Positions 15,395 through 23,325 of a stretch of 28,980 bases of DNA are shown here, piece after piece. How positions within the stretch are numbered: the first letter of the stretch is position 1; each line of letters opens with the position of its first letter. The notes below the pieces were generated by a model that ran no database searches, had not been told where the DNA came from, and was given only the letters and a program-made list of their open reading frames with translations. The stretch is from a virus. Taxonomy: Duplodnaviria > Heunggongvirae > Uroviricota > Caudoviricetes. The DNA lies in IMG/VR virus record IMGVR_UViG_2574180275_000003. One strand, given 5' to 3'. The translations under genes were made by a program, and so were the position numbers.

Positions 15395-17039
15395 GTACGC
15401 AGAAGGCGTAAAAAACGGCAAAATTACGGCCTGTAAACGACTGAAACAGGCCGTTAAACGGTATTTTTCTGACCTTGAAAACCCCCTTTACACGTTCGAT
15501 CCGGAGGTCGTGGAGCGGTTTATTGCCTTTTCCAGGGTGTGTCCGCACGTAAAAGGCGCAATGCGCGGTAGCCCCATTGAGCTGGAGCCGTGGCAGCAGT
15601 TCGCCTTTGCGTGCATCCTGGGCTTTAAGGTTAAGGCCACCGGACGGCGCAAATACACCAGCGCATTCATTGAAGTGCCGCGAAAAAATGCCAAATCCAC
15701 GGTCGCCGCTATCCTGGCTAACTGGTTTCTGGTTATGGAAAACGGGCAGCAGGATATTTACACCGCCGCCGTGAGTCGTGATCAGGCGCGGATCGTGTTT
15801 GATGATGCGCGTCAGATGTGCCTTTTATCCCGACCGTTGCGAAAGCGGGTAAATATTCAGGCACACAAGGTGATACACCCGAAAACCAACAGCCTGTTAA
15901 AGCCACTGGCAGCAAAAGCGGCAACCATTGAAGGTACAAACCCGAGTCTTGCCATTGTGGATGAATATCACCTGCACCCTGACAACGGGGTTTATTCCGC
16001 GCTTGAACTGGGAATGGGGGCGCGTCCGGAGGGGTTATTATTTGCCATCACCACATCGGGGAGCAACGTTGTTTCAGCCTGTAAACAACACTACGACTAT
16101 TGCTGCCAGATACTGGATGGTGAAGAGGTGAACGAATCCATGTTCGTGCTGATTTACGAGCTGGATGATGAAAGCGAGGTTGACGATCCGGCGATGTGGA
16201 TAAAGGCGAATCCCAATATCGATGTTTCCGTCGATCGTGAAAAACTGGCCTCAACCATCCAGAAAGCGCGGGGTATTCCGTCGCAGTGGGTGGAAATGCT
16301 CACCAAGCGATTCAATATCTGGTGTCAGGGGGCCACGCCGTGGATGGGTAACGGTGCATGGGCGGAGTGCGCCGGAACGTTCGCGGAGGCGGATTTATAC
16401 GGGCAGGAGTGCTACGCGGGGCTGGACTTATCATCAACCAGCGATATTTCCAGCGTGTGCTATGCCTTTCCGGTCGGTAAAAAGATTATGCTGGTTTCCC
16501 GTCACTATCTGCCGGAATTTCAGCTACAGAACCCCGCCAATAAAAACCGCGCCATCTATCGCCAGTGGGTAAAGGCGGGCTGGATACGCACAACACCGGG
16601 TGACTGCATTGATTATGACCGTATCCGTGATGACATCATGGCGGATGCAGAGAATTTCAATATCAGGCTGGTGGGTTTCGATACATGGAACGCCACGCAC
16701 CTGAGGACGCAGCTACAGGGCGCAGGATTTGAGGTGGAGCCGTTCCCGCAAACATACCTTCGTTTCAGTCCGGCGGCGAAATCGTTCGAAGTTTTTGTTA
16801 ACCGGAAGGTGATTGTGCATCGTGGTGATCCGGTGCTGGCCTGGTCAATGAGTAATGTTGTGATGCAGAGTGACGCGAACGCCAATATCAAGCCGAACAA
16901 GAAAAAATCATCCAACAAGATAGACCCGAGCGTTGCGGCGCTGATGGCGTTTGGCACATTCCAGGCAGAACATGAGGAATTTGCATTCGATATGAGCGAC
17001 AGCCACAAAGAGCGGCTTGCGACGTTTGATGGTGTGTAA
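15378..17039 (+). CDS. terminase large subunit (intact)
   Basis: 553 aa; apparent TTG start at 15378 with GAGGAAGAGGA upstream, overlapping the terS 3' end; aligns across its whole length with the two prophage terL fragments. Confidence 0.9.
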   Translation: MTAWHEYAEGVKNGKITACKRLKQAVKRYFSDLENPLYTFDPEVVERFIAFSRVCPHVKGAMRGSPIELEPWQQFAFACILGFKVKATGRRKYTSAFIEVPRKNAKSTVAAILANWFLVMENGQQDIYTAAVSRDQARIVFDDARQMCLLSRPLRKRVNIQAHKVIHPKTNSLLKPLAAKAATIEGTNPSLAIVDEYHLHPDNGVYSALELGMGARPEGLLFAITTSGSNVVSACKQHYDYCCQILDGEEVNESMFVLIYELDDESEVDDPAMWIKANPNIDVSVDREKLASTIQKARGIPSQWVEMLTKRFNIWCQGATPWMGNGAWAECAGTFAEADLYGQECYAGLDLSSTSDISSVCYAFPVGKKIMLVSRHYLPEFQLQNPANKNRAIYRQWVKAGWIRTTPGDCIDYDRIRDDIMADAENFNIRLVGFDTWNATHLRTQLQGAGFEVEPFPQTYLRFSPAAKSFEVFVNRKVIVHRGDPVLAWSMSNVVMQSDANANIKPNKKKSSNKIDPSVAALMAFGTFQAEHEEFAFDMSDSHKERLATFDGV

Positions 17040-17120
17040 CGGAATGGATGAGAGAGGACAATGCTCATTTAATGGAATAAATTTTCAGTATTATCGGCAC
17101 CCACTTTCAGGGATGTTTTT

Positions 17121-17272
17121 GCGGGTTATTTGAGGACGGGGGCGGGTTATTTTGAATGTCTTGCGGGTTATATTCTGGCTGATATCTAGATACGTTGTTT
17201 TTTAACGCATTGATATTAAAGAGTAAAAAATACTTAGCACGCGAAGATAACCCGCTAACCCGCATAACCCGC
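17121..17272. repeat. iteron cluster 2 (same 9-mer as cluster 1), candidate second cis-acting replication site
   Basis: GCGGGTTAT at 17121, 17142 and 17163 (21-bp spacing), AT-rich spacer, then ATAACCCGC / TAACCCGC / ATAACCCGC contiguous at 17247-17272. Confidence 0.6.
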
Positions 17273-17459
17273 ACTGTTTTGTATATATATACGAAAAATT
17301 GCATTCAGGGGGGGGATCGAAATTTCTACTGCCTCTTATCTCTTTGAGTGCTCACCTCGTCAGATTGTTACACACAAGAAATAAAAAATGCTTCGCGATG
17401 GTAGGTCGAATCACTGTATCAAAAAACGGTGTGTATCAGCATTAAAACAATACAGATAC

Positions 17460-17480
17460 GTGTATTGCGCTGTGTATTGC
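17460..17480 (+). promoter_or_regulatory. integrase arm-type binding repeats (right end)
   Basis: GTGTATTGCGCTGTGTATTGC, same motif and orientation as 2305-2325, about 75 bp inside the right core. Confidence 0.5.
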
Positions 17481-17555
17481 TTGATGATTTATAAAGACTG
17501 TTTTTTCATGTTAAACGATTGATATACAGGTGATTTTAAAAAACTTGAAATATTC

Positions 17556-17562
17556 TTACCAA
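17556..17562. repeat. attR core (TTACCAA), right junction of the element
   Basis: Identical to 2168-2174; the downstream codons AAA CAC ATG AAT GTG continue the terL frame. Confidence 0.6.
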
Positions 17563-17566
17563 ACAC

Positions 17567-18292
17567 ATGAATGTGTGGGTAACAGCAGAGTCTGCCTGGA
17601 TGGACATGATTAAGTGGGATAAGTGCGAATACATTGCCCCACGACATGAGCTGAAAACGTATCCCATGTGGGTCGGCGTTGACCTTGCTCATAAGATTGA
17701 TATCTGTGCGGCGGCAAAACTCTGGCGAACGGATAACGGGCATGTTCATGCCGATTTTAAATTCTGGCTTCCGGAAGGACGGCTGGAACGATGCTCGCGG
17801 CAGCAGGCAGAACTTTACCGGAAGTGGGCGGAGATGGATAAGCTGATTCTGACGGATGGTGATGTTATCGATCATGCTCAGATAAAAAGTGACTTACTGG
17901 AATGGATTGGTGGTGAAAACCTCAGGGAACTGGGATTTGACCCGTGGAGCGCGATGCAGTTCAGCCTGGCACTGGCTGAAGAAGGGATACCGCTGGTGGA
18001 GGTTCCGCAGACGGTTCGCAATCTGTCAGAGGCCATGAAGGAAACGGAATCACTGGTCTATGCCGGGCGTTTCCATCACAGCAATCATCCGGTCATGAAC
18101 TGGATGATGTCTAACGTTACGGTAAAACCGGACAAAAACGACAATATCTTCCCGAATAAATCCACGCTGGAAGCCAAAATCGACGGCCCTGTTGCGATGT
18201 TTACAGCAATGAGCCGGATGCTGGTCAATGGTGGTGAACCGGAGCTGGATCTGTCTGAACATCTGGTCAGCGTGGGCATCCGCTCGCTTTAA
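17567..18292 (+). CDS. terminase large subunit, C-terminal portion (nuclease domain); frame is open from the att core at 17558
   Basis: Aligns with the C-terminal half of the satellite TerL ([16 protein letters not shown] / KRFNIWCQGATPWMGN onward); together with 1147-2172 it makes one ORF of about 585 codons. Confidence 0.8.
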   Translation: MNVWVTAESAWMDMIKWDKCEYIAPRHELKTYPMWVGVDLAHKIDICAAAKLWRTDNGHVHADFKFWLPEGRLERCSRQQAELYRKWAEMDKLILTDGDVIDHAQIKSDLLEWIGGENLRELGFDPWSAMQFSLALAEEGIPLVEVPQTVRNLSEAMKETESLVYAGRFHHSNHPVMNWMMSNVTVKPDKNDNIFPNKSTLEAKIDGPVAMFTAMSRMLVNGGEPELDLSEHLVSVGIRSL

Positions 18293-18303
18293 CCGAGGTC
18301 ATT

Positions 18304-18486
18304 ATGTTTCTGATAATTCTCGCGCCACTGGTGGGCGTGCTGGGGGCGCTTTTGCTGGCGTATGGTGCCTGGCTGATTTATCCCCCGGCGGGTTTTGTTG
18401 TTGCCGGGGTGCTGTGCCTGTTCTGGTCGTGGCTGGTGGCGCGATATCTCGACCGTACACAGCCGTCTGTCGGCGGAGGTAAATAG
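18304..18486 (+). CDS. small membrane protein (two predicted transmembrane helices)
   Basis: 60 aa, [26 protein letters not shown]...[26 protein letters not shown]; wedged between terL and portal. Confidence 0.5.
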   Translation: MFLIILAPLVGVLGALLLAYGAWLIYPPAGFVVAGVLCLFWSWLVARYLDRTQPSVGGGK

Positions 18487-19727
18487 TGTTCTTTTCGGGA
18501 TTATTTCAACGAAAAAGTGATGCGCCGGTGACCACGCCAGCAGAGCTGGCGGATGCCATCGGGTTGTCTTACGACACCTATACCGGAAAGCAGATCAGCA
18601 GTCAGCGGGCCATGCGACTGACGGCGGTTTTTTCCTGCGTCAGAGTGCTGGCAGAGTCGGTCGGGATGTTGCCCTGCAATCTGTATCACCTGAACGGCAG
18701 CCTGAAACAGAGGGCCACCGGCGAACGTCTGCATAAGCTGATCTCCACGCATCCCAATGGCTATATGACGCCGCAGGAGTTCTGGGAGCTGGTGGTCACC
18801 TGTCTGTGCCTGAGGGGAAACTTTTACGCCTACAAAGTGAAAGCATTTGGCGAAGTGGCTGAACTGCTGCCCGTCGATCCCGGTTGTGTGGTACCGAAGC
18901 TTAACAGTCGCTGGGAGCCGGTCTATCAGGTCACATTCCCGGACGGTTCCACGGATGTACTGAGCCAGGAAGATATCTGGCATGTGCGCACGCTGACGCT
19001 GGACGGTCTGGTGGGACTGAATCCCATCGCCTATGCCCGCGAGGCAATATCGCTGGCAGCAGCGACCGAAGAGCACGGGGCCAGACTGTTCAGCAATGGT
19101 GCGGTGACGTCCGGTGTGTTGCGTACAGAACAGACGCTGTCGGATCAGGCTTATGAGCGCCTGAAGAAAGATTTTGAGGAGCGTCACACCGGGCTTGGCA
19201 ATGCTCACCGCCCGATGATCCTTGAGATGGGGCTGGACTGGAAGTCGATGGCGCTGAACGCCGAGGACAGCCAGTTCCTGGAAACCCGCAAGTTTCAGCT
19301 TGAAGAAATCTGTCGTCTGTTCCGGGTGCCGTTGCACATGGTGCAGAACACCGATCGCGCCACCTTCAACAATATCGAAGAGCTGGGGCTCGGATTTATC
19401 AACTATTCACTGGTGCCGTATCTGACCCGCATCGAACAGCGGATCAACACCGGACTGGTACGAAAAAGTAAGCAGGGCGTTTATTACGCCAAATTTAACG
19501 CCGGGGCGTTACTGCGCGGGGATATGAAGTCCCGTTTTGAAGCCTACGCCACCGGGATTAACTGGGGAATTTACTCTCCCAATGACTGCCGCGACCTGGA
19601 AGATATGAATCCGCGTCCCGGTGGTGATGTCTATCTCACACCGATGAACATGACCACGAAACCCTCCGATGGCAGTAAAGCCGGTAAGCAGAAGGATAAC
19701 GCCAATGCAGACGAAACAACGTCTTGA
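18486..19727 (+). CDS. portal protein
   Basis: 413 aa, GTG start with GGAGGT RBS, overlapping the preceding stop by 1 nt; homologous to the satellite portal. Confidence 0.85.
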   Translation: MFFSGLFQRKSDAPVTTPAELADAIGLSYDTYTGKQISSQRAMRLTAVFSCVRVLAESVGMLPCNLYHLNGSLKQRATGERLHKLISTHPNGYMTPQEFWELVVTCLCLRGNFYAYKVKAFGEVAELLPVDPGCVVPKLNSRWEPVYQVTFPDGSTDVLSQEDIWHVRTLTLDGLVGLNPIAYAREAISLAAATEEHGARLFSNGAVTSGVLRTEQTLSDQAYERLKKDFEERHTGLGNAHRPMILEMGLDWKSMALNAEDSQFLETRKFQLEEICRLFRVPLHMVQNTDRATFNNIEELGLGFINYSLVPYLTRIEQRINTGLVRKSKQGVYYAKFNAGALLRGDMKSRFEAYATGINWGIYSPNDCRDLEDMNPRPGGDVYLTPMNMTTKPSDGSKAGKQKDNANADETTS

Positions 19728-20355
19728 TGTACCGCTGAGTCTGAAATCTGTCAGTGACTCCGGTGAGTTTGAAGGGTATGGCTCCGTCTTTGGTGTAAAG
19801 GACAGCCACGATGATGTGGTGATGTCCGGGGCATTTGCTGCTTCCCTGCGGGCGTGGAGTGACAGAAAAGCGTTACCTGCGCTGCTCTGGCAGCACCGCA
19901 TGGATGAACCCATCGGTGTTTACACCGAAATGAAGGAAGACGATGTCGGGCTTTACGTCAGGGGACGGTTGCTTATTGATGATGATCCCCTCGCAAAACG
20001 CGCACATGCACACATGAAGGCCGGTTCGTTAACCGGCCTTTCTATTGGGTACGTCCTGAAAGACTGGGAATACGACCGGAGCAAAGAAGCCTTTCTGCTG
20101 AAAGAAATCGACCTCTGGGAAGTCAGCCTGGTGACGTTCCCGTCTAACGACGAGGCGCGGATCAGCGACGTCAAGAACGCACTGGCCCGCGGGGAAATCC
20201 CCGAACAGAAAAAAATCGAAAGAGTCCTGCGTGATGTCGGACTCTCCCGTACCCAGGCCAAAGCATTCATGGCCGGGGGCTATGGCGCACTGTCCCTGCG
20301 CGACGCTGAGGATGTGGGCTCTGCACTGAATGCACTGAAAAATCTGAACTTCTAA
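19705..20355 (+). CDS. prohead protease, HK97 family
   Basis: Start at internal ATG 19705 (MQTKQRLDVPL...) with AAGGA RBS; overlaps the portal 3' end; homologous to the satellite protease. Confidence 0.8.
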   Translation: MQTKQRLDVPLSLKSVSDSGEFEGYGSVFGVKDSHDDVVMSGAFAASLRAWSDRKALPALLWQHRMDEPIGVYTEMKEDDVGLYVRGRLLIDDDPLAKRAHAHMKAGSLTGLSIGYVLKDWEYDRSKEAFLLKEIDLWEVSLVTFPSNDEARISDVKNALARGEIPEQKKIERVLRDVGLSRTQAKAFMAGGYGALSLRDAEDVGSALNALKNLNF

Positions 20356-20369
20356 TCAGGAGAAATACG

Positions 20370-21575
20370 ATGGCGGTTGATATTAAAGATGTCGAACAGG
20401 TCGCGCAGGAGCTGCAGCAGAAGTTTGACGACTTCAAAGCAAAGAACGACAAGCGCGTGGATGCGATTGAGCAGGAAAAAGGCAAACTTGCCGGACAGGT
20501 GGAAACCCTGAACGGGAAACTCAGCGAGCTGGAAAACCTCAAAAGCGATCTTGAAAAAGAGCTGCTTGAGCTGAAACGTCCGGCAGGTGGTGCGCAAAAT
20601 AAACTGGCCACCGAGCATAAAGAAGCGTTTGTGGGCTTCCTGCGTAAAGGCCGTGAAGATGGTCTGCGCGATCTGGAGCGCAAGGCATTACAGGTGGGCA
20701 CCGATGAAGACGGCGGCTATGCCGTGCCGGAAGCACTGGATCGCAACATTCTCACCCTGCTGAAAGATGAAGTGGTGATGCGCCAGGAAGCCACGGTGAT
20801 CACCGTTGGTGGTTCCGACTACAAAAAACTGGTGAATCTGGGCGGCACGGCTTCCGGATGGGTTGGCGAGACTGACGCGCGCTCCCAGACTGCCACCTCA
20901 AAACTGGGCCTGATTGAACCTTTCATGGGGGAAATCTACGGTAACCCGCAGGCCACCCAGAAAATGCTGGATGATGCCTTTTTCAACGTGGAAGCATGGA
21001 TCAACAGCGAGCTGGCAACCGAATTTGCCGAACAGGAAGAAATTGCCTTTACCACCGGCGATGGTACCAAGAAGCCGAAAGGGTTCCTGGCGTATGAATC
21101 CACGGATGAAACCGATAAGGTCCGGGCGTTCGGCAAACTTCAGCATATTGTATCCGGCGACGCGACGGCGGTGACCGCAGACGCCATTATCAAACTGATT
21201 TACACGCTGCGTAAGGCACACCGCACCGGCGCGAAGTTCATGATGAACAACAACAGCCTGTTTGCCATCCGTCTGCTGAAAGACAGCGAGGGTAACTATC
21301 TGTGGCGTCCGGGGCTGGAGCTGGGGCAGCCGTCCTCTCTGGCGGGTTACGGTATCGCTGAAAACGAACAGATGCCGGATATCGCCGCTGATGCGAAAGC
21401 CATTGCATTTGGTAACTTCAAACGGGGTTACACCATCGTTGACCGTATCGGCACCCGCATTCTGCGTGACCCGTACACCAATAAACCGTTTGTCGGTTTT
21501 TATACCACCAAACGCACCGGCGGCATGCTGGTCGATTCGCAGGCCATCAAACTGCTGAAGATTGCAGCGGCGTAA
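20370..21575 (+). CDS. major capsid protein, HK97-fold, with N-terminal coiled-coil delta domain
   Basis: 401 aa; AGGAGA RBS; paralogous to 10672-11841. Confidence 0.85.
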   Translation: MAVDIKDVEQVAQELQQKFDDFKAKNDKRVDAIEQEKGKLAGQVETLNGKLSELENLKSDLEKELLELKRPAGGAQNKLATEHKEAFVGFLRKGREDGLRDLERKALQVGTDEDGGYAVPEALDRNILTLLKDEVVMRQEATVITVGGSDYKKLVNLGGTASGWVGETDARSQTATSKLGLIEPFMGEIYGNPQATQKMLDDAFFNVEAWINSELATEFAEQEEIAFTTGDGTKKPKGFLAYESTDETDKVRAFGKLQHIVSGDATAVTADAIIKLIYTLRKAHRTGAKFMMNNNSLFAIRLLKDSEGNYLWRPGLELGQPSSLAGYGIAENEQMPDIAADAKAIAFGNFKRGYTIVDRIGTRILRDPYTNKPFVGFYTTKRTGGMLVDSQAIKLLKIAAA

Positions 21576-21583
21576 TCATTCAG

Positions 21584-21603
21584 GGGGCGCAGAAGTGCGC
21601 CCC
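21584..21603 (+). terminator. stable hairpin after the capsid gene
   Basis: GGGGCGCA-gaag-TGCGCCCC starting 9 bp after the stop codon; weak U-tract (tgttctg). Confidence 0.4.
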
Positions 21604-21625
21604 TGTTCTGACAGGTGAAAGAATC

Positions 21626-21814
21626 ATGATCCTGAAACAAGATCTGAAATGGTCACCGGACGGTATGCGTGTTGAGATTATTCGGGCCGGTGAGTATGAA
21701 GATAAAGAATTACCCGAACGGGTACGCGAAATTGCCACTGCAGCTGGGATTGTCTCTGATAAGAGAACACCTGTTGCGCGGGGGGCTGATAAGTCTAAAA
21801 AACAGCATTCATAG
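21626..21814 (+). CDS. hypothetical protein
   Basis: 62 aa; AGGTGA RBS 7 nt upstream. No family recognised. Confidence 0.4.
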   Translation: MILKQDLKWSPDGMRVEIIRAGEYEDKELPERVREIATAAGIVSDKRTPVARGADKSKKQHS

Positions 21815-21825
21815 AGGTTGCCCAA

Positions 21826-22131
21826 ATGATGCCCACTCTGGAAGAGCTTCGTGTTCAGTGCCGGATTGATGATGACAATGAACAGGAGAATTCTCTTCTT
21901 ATGATGTATCTGGCTGCCGCCAGGGAAGAGGCTGAAAAGTTTTTAAACCGGACGCTTTACGATGAAACTGTTTCTGAGCAGGATACGACCGGGCTTGTAA
22001 TAACACCTCTGATAAAACTGCGTCTTATGCAACTGGTTGGCTACTGGTACGAGAACAGGGAAATGCAGGATGCAGTGCCTGATTTTTTCTATACCGGACT
22101 GCGGATGTATCGGTTTCATCCCGGGACATAG
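21826..22131 (+). CDS. head-tail connector protein (gp6-like)
   Basis: 101 aa; position after the capsid gene; N-terminus resembles the satellite connector. Confidence 0.6.
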   Translation: MMPTLEELRVQCRIDDDNEQENSLLMMYLAAAREEAEKFLNRTLYDETVSEQDTTGLVITPLIKLRLMQLVGYWYENREMQDAVPDFFYTGLRMYRFHPGT

Positions 22132-22139
22132 GAGGATTC

Positions 22140-22478
22140 ATGCAGGCAGGAAGATTACGTGATCGTGTGGTTATTCTGAATGCCACCACCGTTCGGTCTC
22201 CATCAGGGCACCCTGTGGAAACAATGACGGAAGGGGCAACCATATGGGCAGAAGTTAAGGGGATCAGTGGCAGGGAGAGAATATCCGGAGGCGCAGAAAC
22301 TGCTCAGGCTACAGTGAGGGTCTGGATGAGATTCCGGCGAGATGTGACAGCAACTTCATGTCTGAAAGTGCTGACTGGCGCATTCAAAGGCGCGATTCTG
22401 AGTATAGACGGTCCGCCGATACCGGATGCCCGTGCCACCCGGCTTGAGATACTCTGTTCTCAGAAGGGGAATGTGTGA
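22140..22478 (+). CDS. head-tail adaptor / head closure protein
   Basis: 112 aa; GGAGGA RBS; close paralog of the satellite protein at 13678-14016. Confidence 0.7.
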   Translation: MQAGRLRDRVVILNATTVRSPSGHPVETMTEGATIWAEVKGISGRERISGGAETAQATVRVWMRFRRDVTATSCLKVLTGAFKGAILSIDGPPIPDARATRLEILCSQKGNV

Positions 22479-22924
22479 TGGATTTCAGTCTTGATTTTTC
22501 AGGTCTGGCGGATATTGCACGGGATCTGGAGACGCTCAGCAGGGCAGAAAACAATAAGGTGCTGCGCGATGCCACCCGTGCCGGTGCTGAAGTTATGCGG
22601 GATGCAGTTGTTGAACGTGCGCCGGAGCGAACCGGGAAACTGAAGAAAAATGTGGTTGTTCTCACTCAGCGTTCAAAGCGTCGGGGGGAAATTATCTCGG
22701 GTGTCCACATTCGTGGACGGAACCTGCGAACCGGAAACAGTGATAACAGCATGAAAGCCAGCGATCCCCGAAATGCGTTTTACTGGCGCTTTGTGGAGCT
22801 GGGAACGATAAACATGCCCGCGCATCCGTTCATTCGCCCGGCTTTCGATACGACAGAGGAACTGGCAGCACAGATTGCCATACAGCGAATGAATCAGGCT
22901 ATTGATGAGGTCTTAAGTAAATGA
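22478..22924 (+). CDS. HK97 gp10-like tail component
   Basis: About 148 aa, start coupled to the adaptor stop (GTG 22475 or ATG 22478); sequence MDFSLDFSGLADIARDLETL...KLKKN matches my memory of the gp10 family. Confidence 0.6.
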   Translation: MDFSLDFSGLADIARDLETLSRAENNKVLRDATRAGAEVMRDAVVERAPERTGKLKKNVVVLTQRSKRRGEIISGVHIRGRNLRTGNSDNSMKASDPRNAFYWRFVELGTINMPAHPFIRPAFDTTEELAAQIAIQRMNQAIDEVLSK

Positions 22925-23265
22925 GAGAGACCACACTGTATTCCCTGCTGTCTCAACTGGCCGGAGGACAGGTTTATCCTTATGTGGTCCCGCTGACGGA
23001 GGGAAAGCCTGCGGTATCTCCGCCATGGCTGGTGTTTTCTGTGGTGTCTGACACGGCATCTGATGTGCTTGATGGTCAGGCTGAATCAAGAATTACCGTG
23101 CAGATCGATGTCTGGGCGACAGTACCTGATGACGCAGATGATATCCGTGAGCAGGCGCTTGATGCGGTAAGGCAACTGGCACCCTCCGTTATTTCTAAAA
23201 CGCAGGGTTATGATCCTGATTCCCGTCTGAGCAGAGCCACGCTTGAATTTCAGGTAATAGCCTGA
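22921..23265 (+). CDS. tail completion / tail terminator-like protein (DUF3168-like)
   Basis: 114 aa; ATGA overlap with the previous gene; motifs GGQVYPYVVP and ITVQIDVWA; immediately upstream of the major tail gene. Confidence 0.5.
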   Translation: MRETTLYSLLSQLAGGQVYPYVVPLTEGKPAVSPPWLVFSVVSDTASDVLDGQAESRITVQIDVWATVPDDADDIREQALDAVRQLAPSVISKTQGYDPDSRLSRATLEFQVIA

Positions 23266-23288
23266 GATCGTTAATGATTTTCCCCCCC

Positions 23289-23315
23289 CGCCGCTGGCGG
23301 GTTTTTTTATTTTCA
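23289..23315 (+). terminator. terminator-like hairpin upstream of the major tail protein gene
   Basis: CCCGCC-gct-GGCGGG followed by TTTTTTTATTTT. Confidence 0.45.
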
Positions 23316-23325
23316 GGAGACGAGT

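Larger units (their letters stand above)
2168..17562. mobile_element. integrated phage satellite (capsid-forming PICI-like element), about 15.4 kb, inserted within prophage terL
   Basis: Bounded by identical TTACCAA at 2168-2174 and 17556-17562; integrase gene just inside the left end; arm-type repeats GTGTATTGC(A/G)CTGTGTATTGC near both ends; carries int, alpA, primase, iterons and a full capsid/terminase set but no tail genes; flanking sequences join into one terL ORF. Confidence 0.75.

Noticed and set aside
18501-19337. Minus-strand ORF of 278 aa
   Set aside because: Antisense to the prophage portal gene, which has clear homology and operon context; Arg/Gln-rich translation typical of a spurious antisense ORF.
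20267-20701. Minus-strand ORF of 144 aa
   Set aside because: Antisense to the prophage protease/capsid junction; low-complexity Ser/Arg-rich translation.
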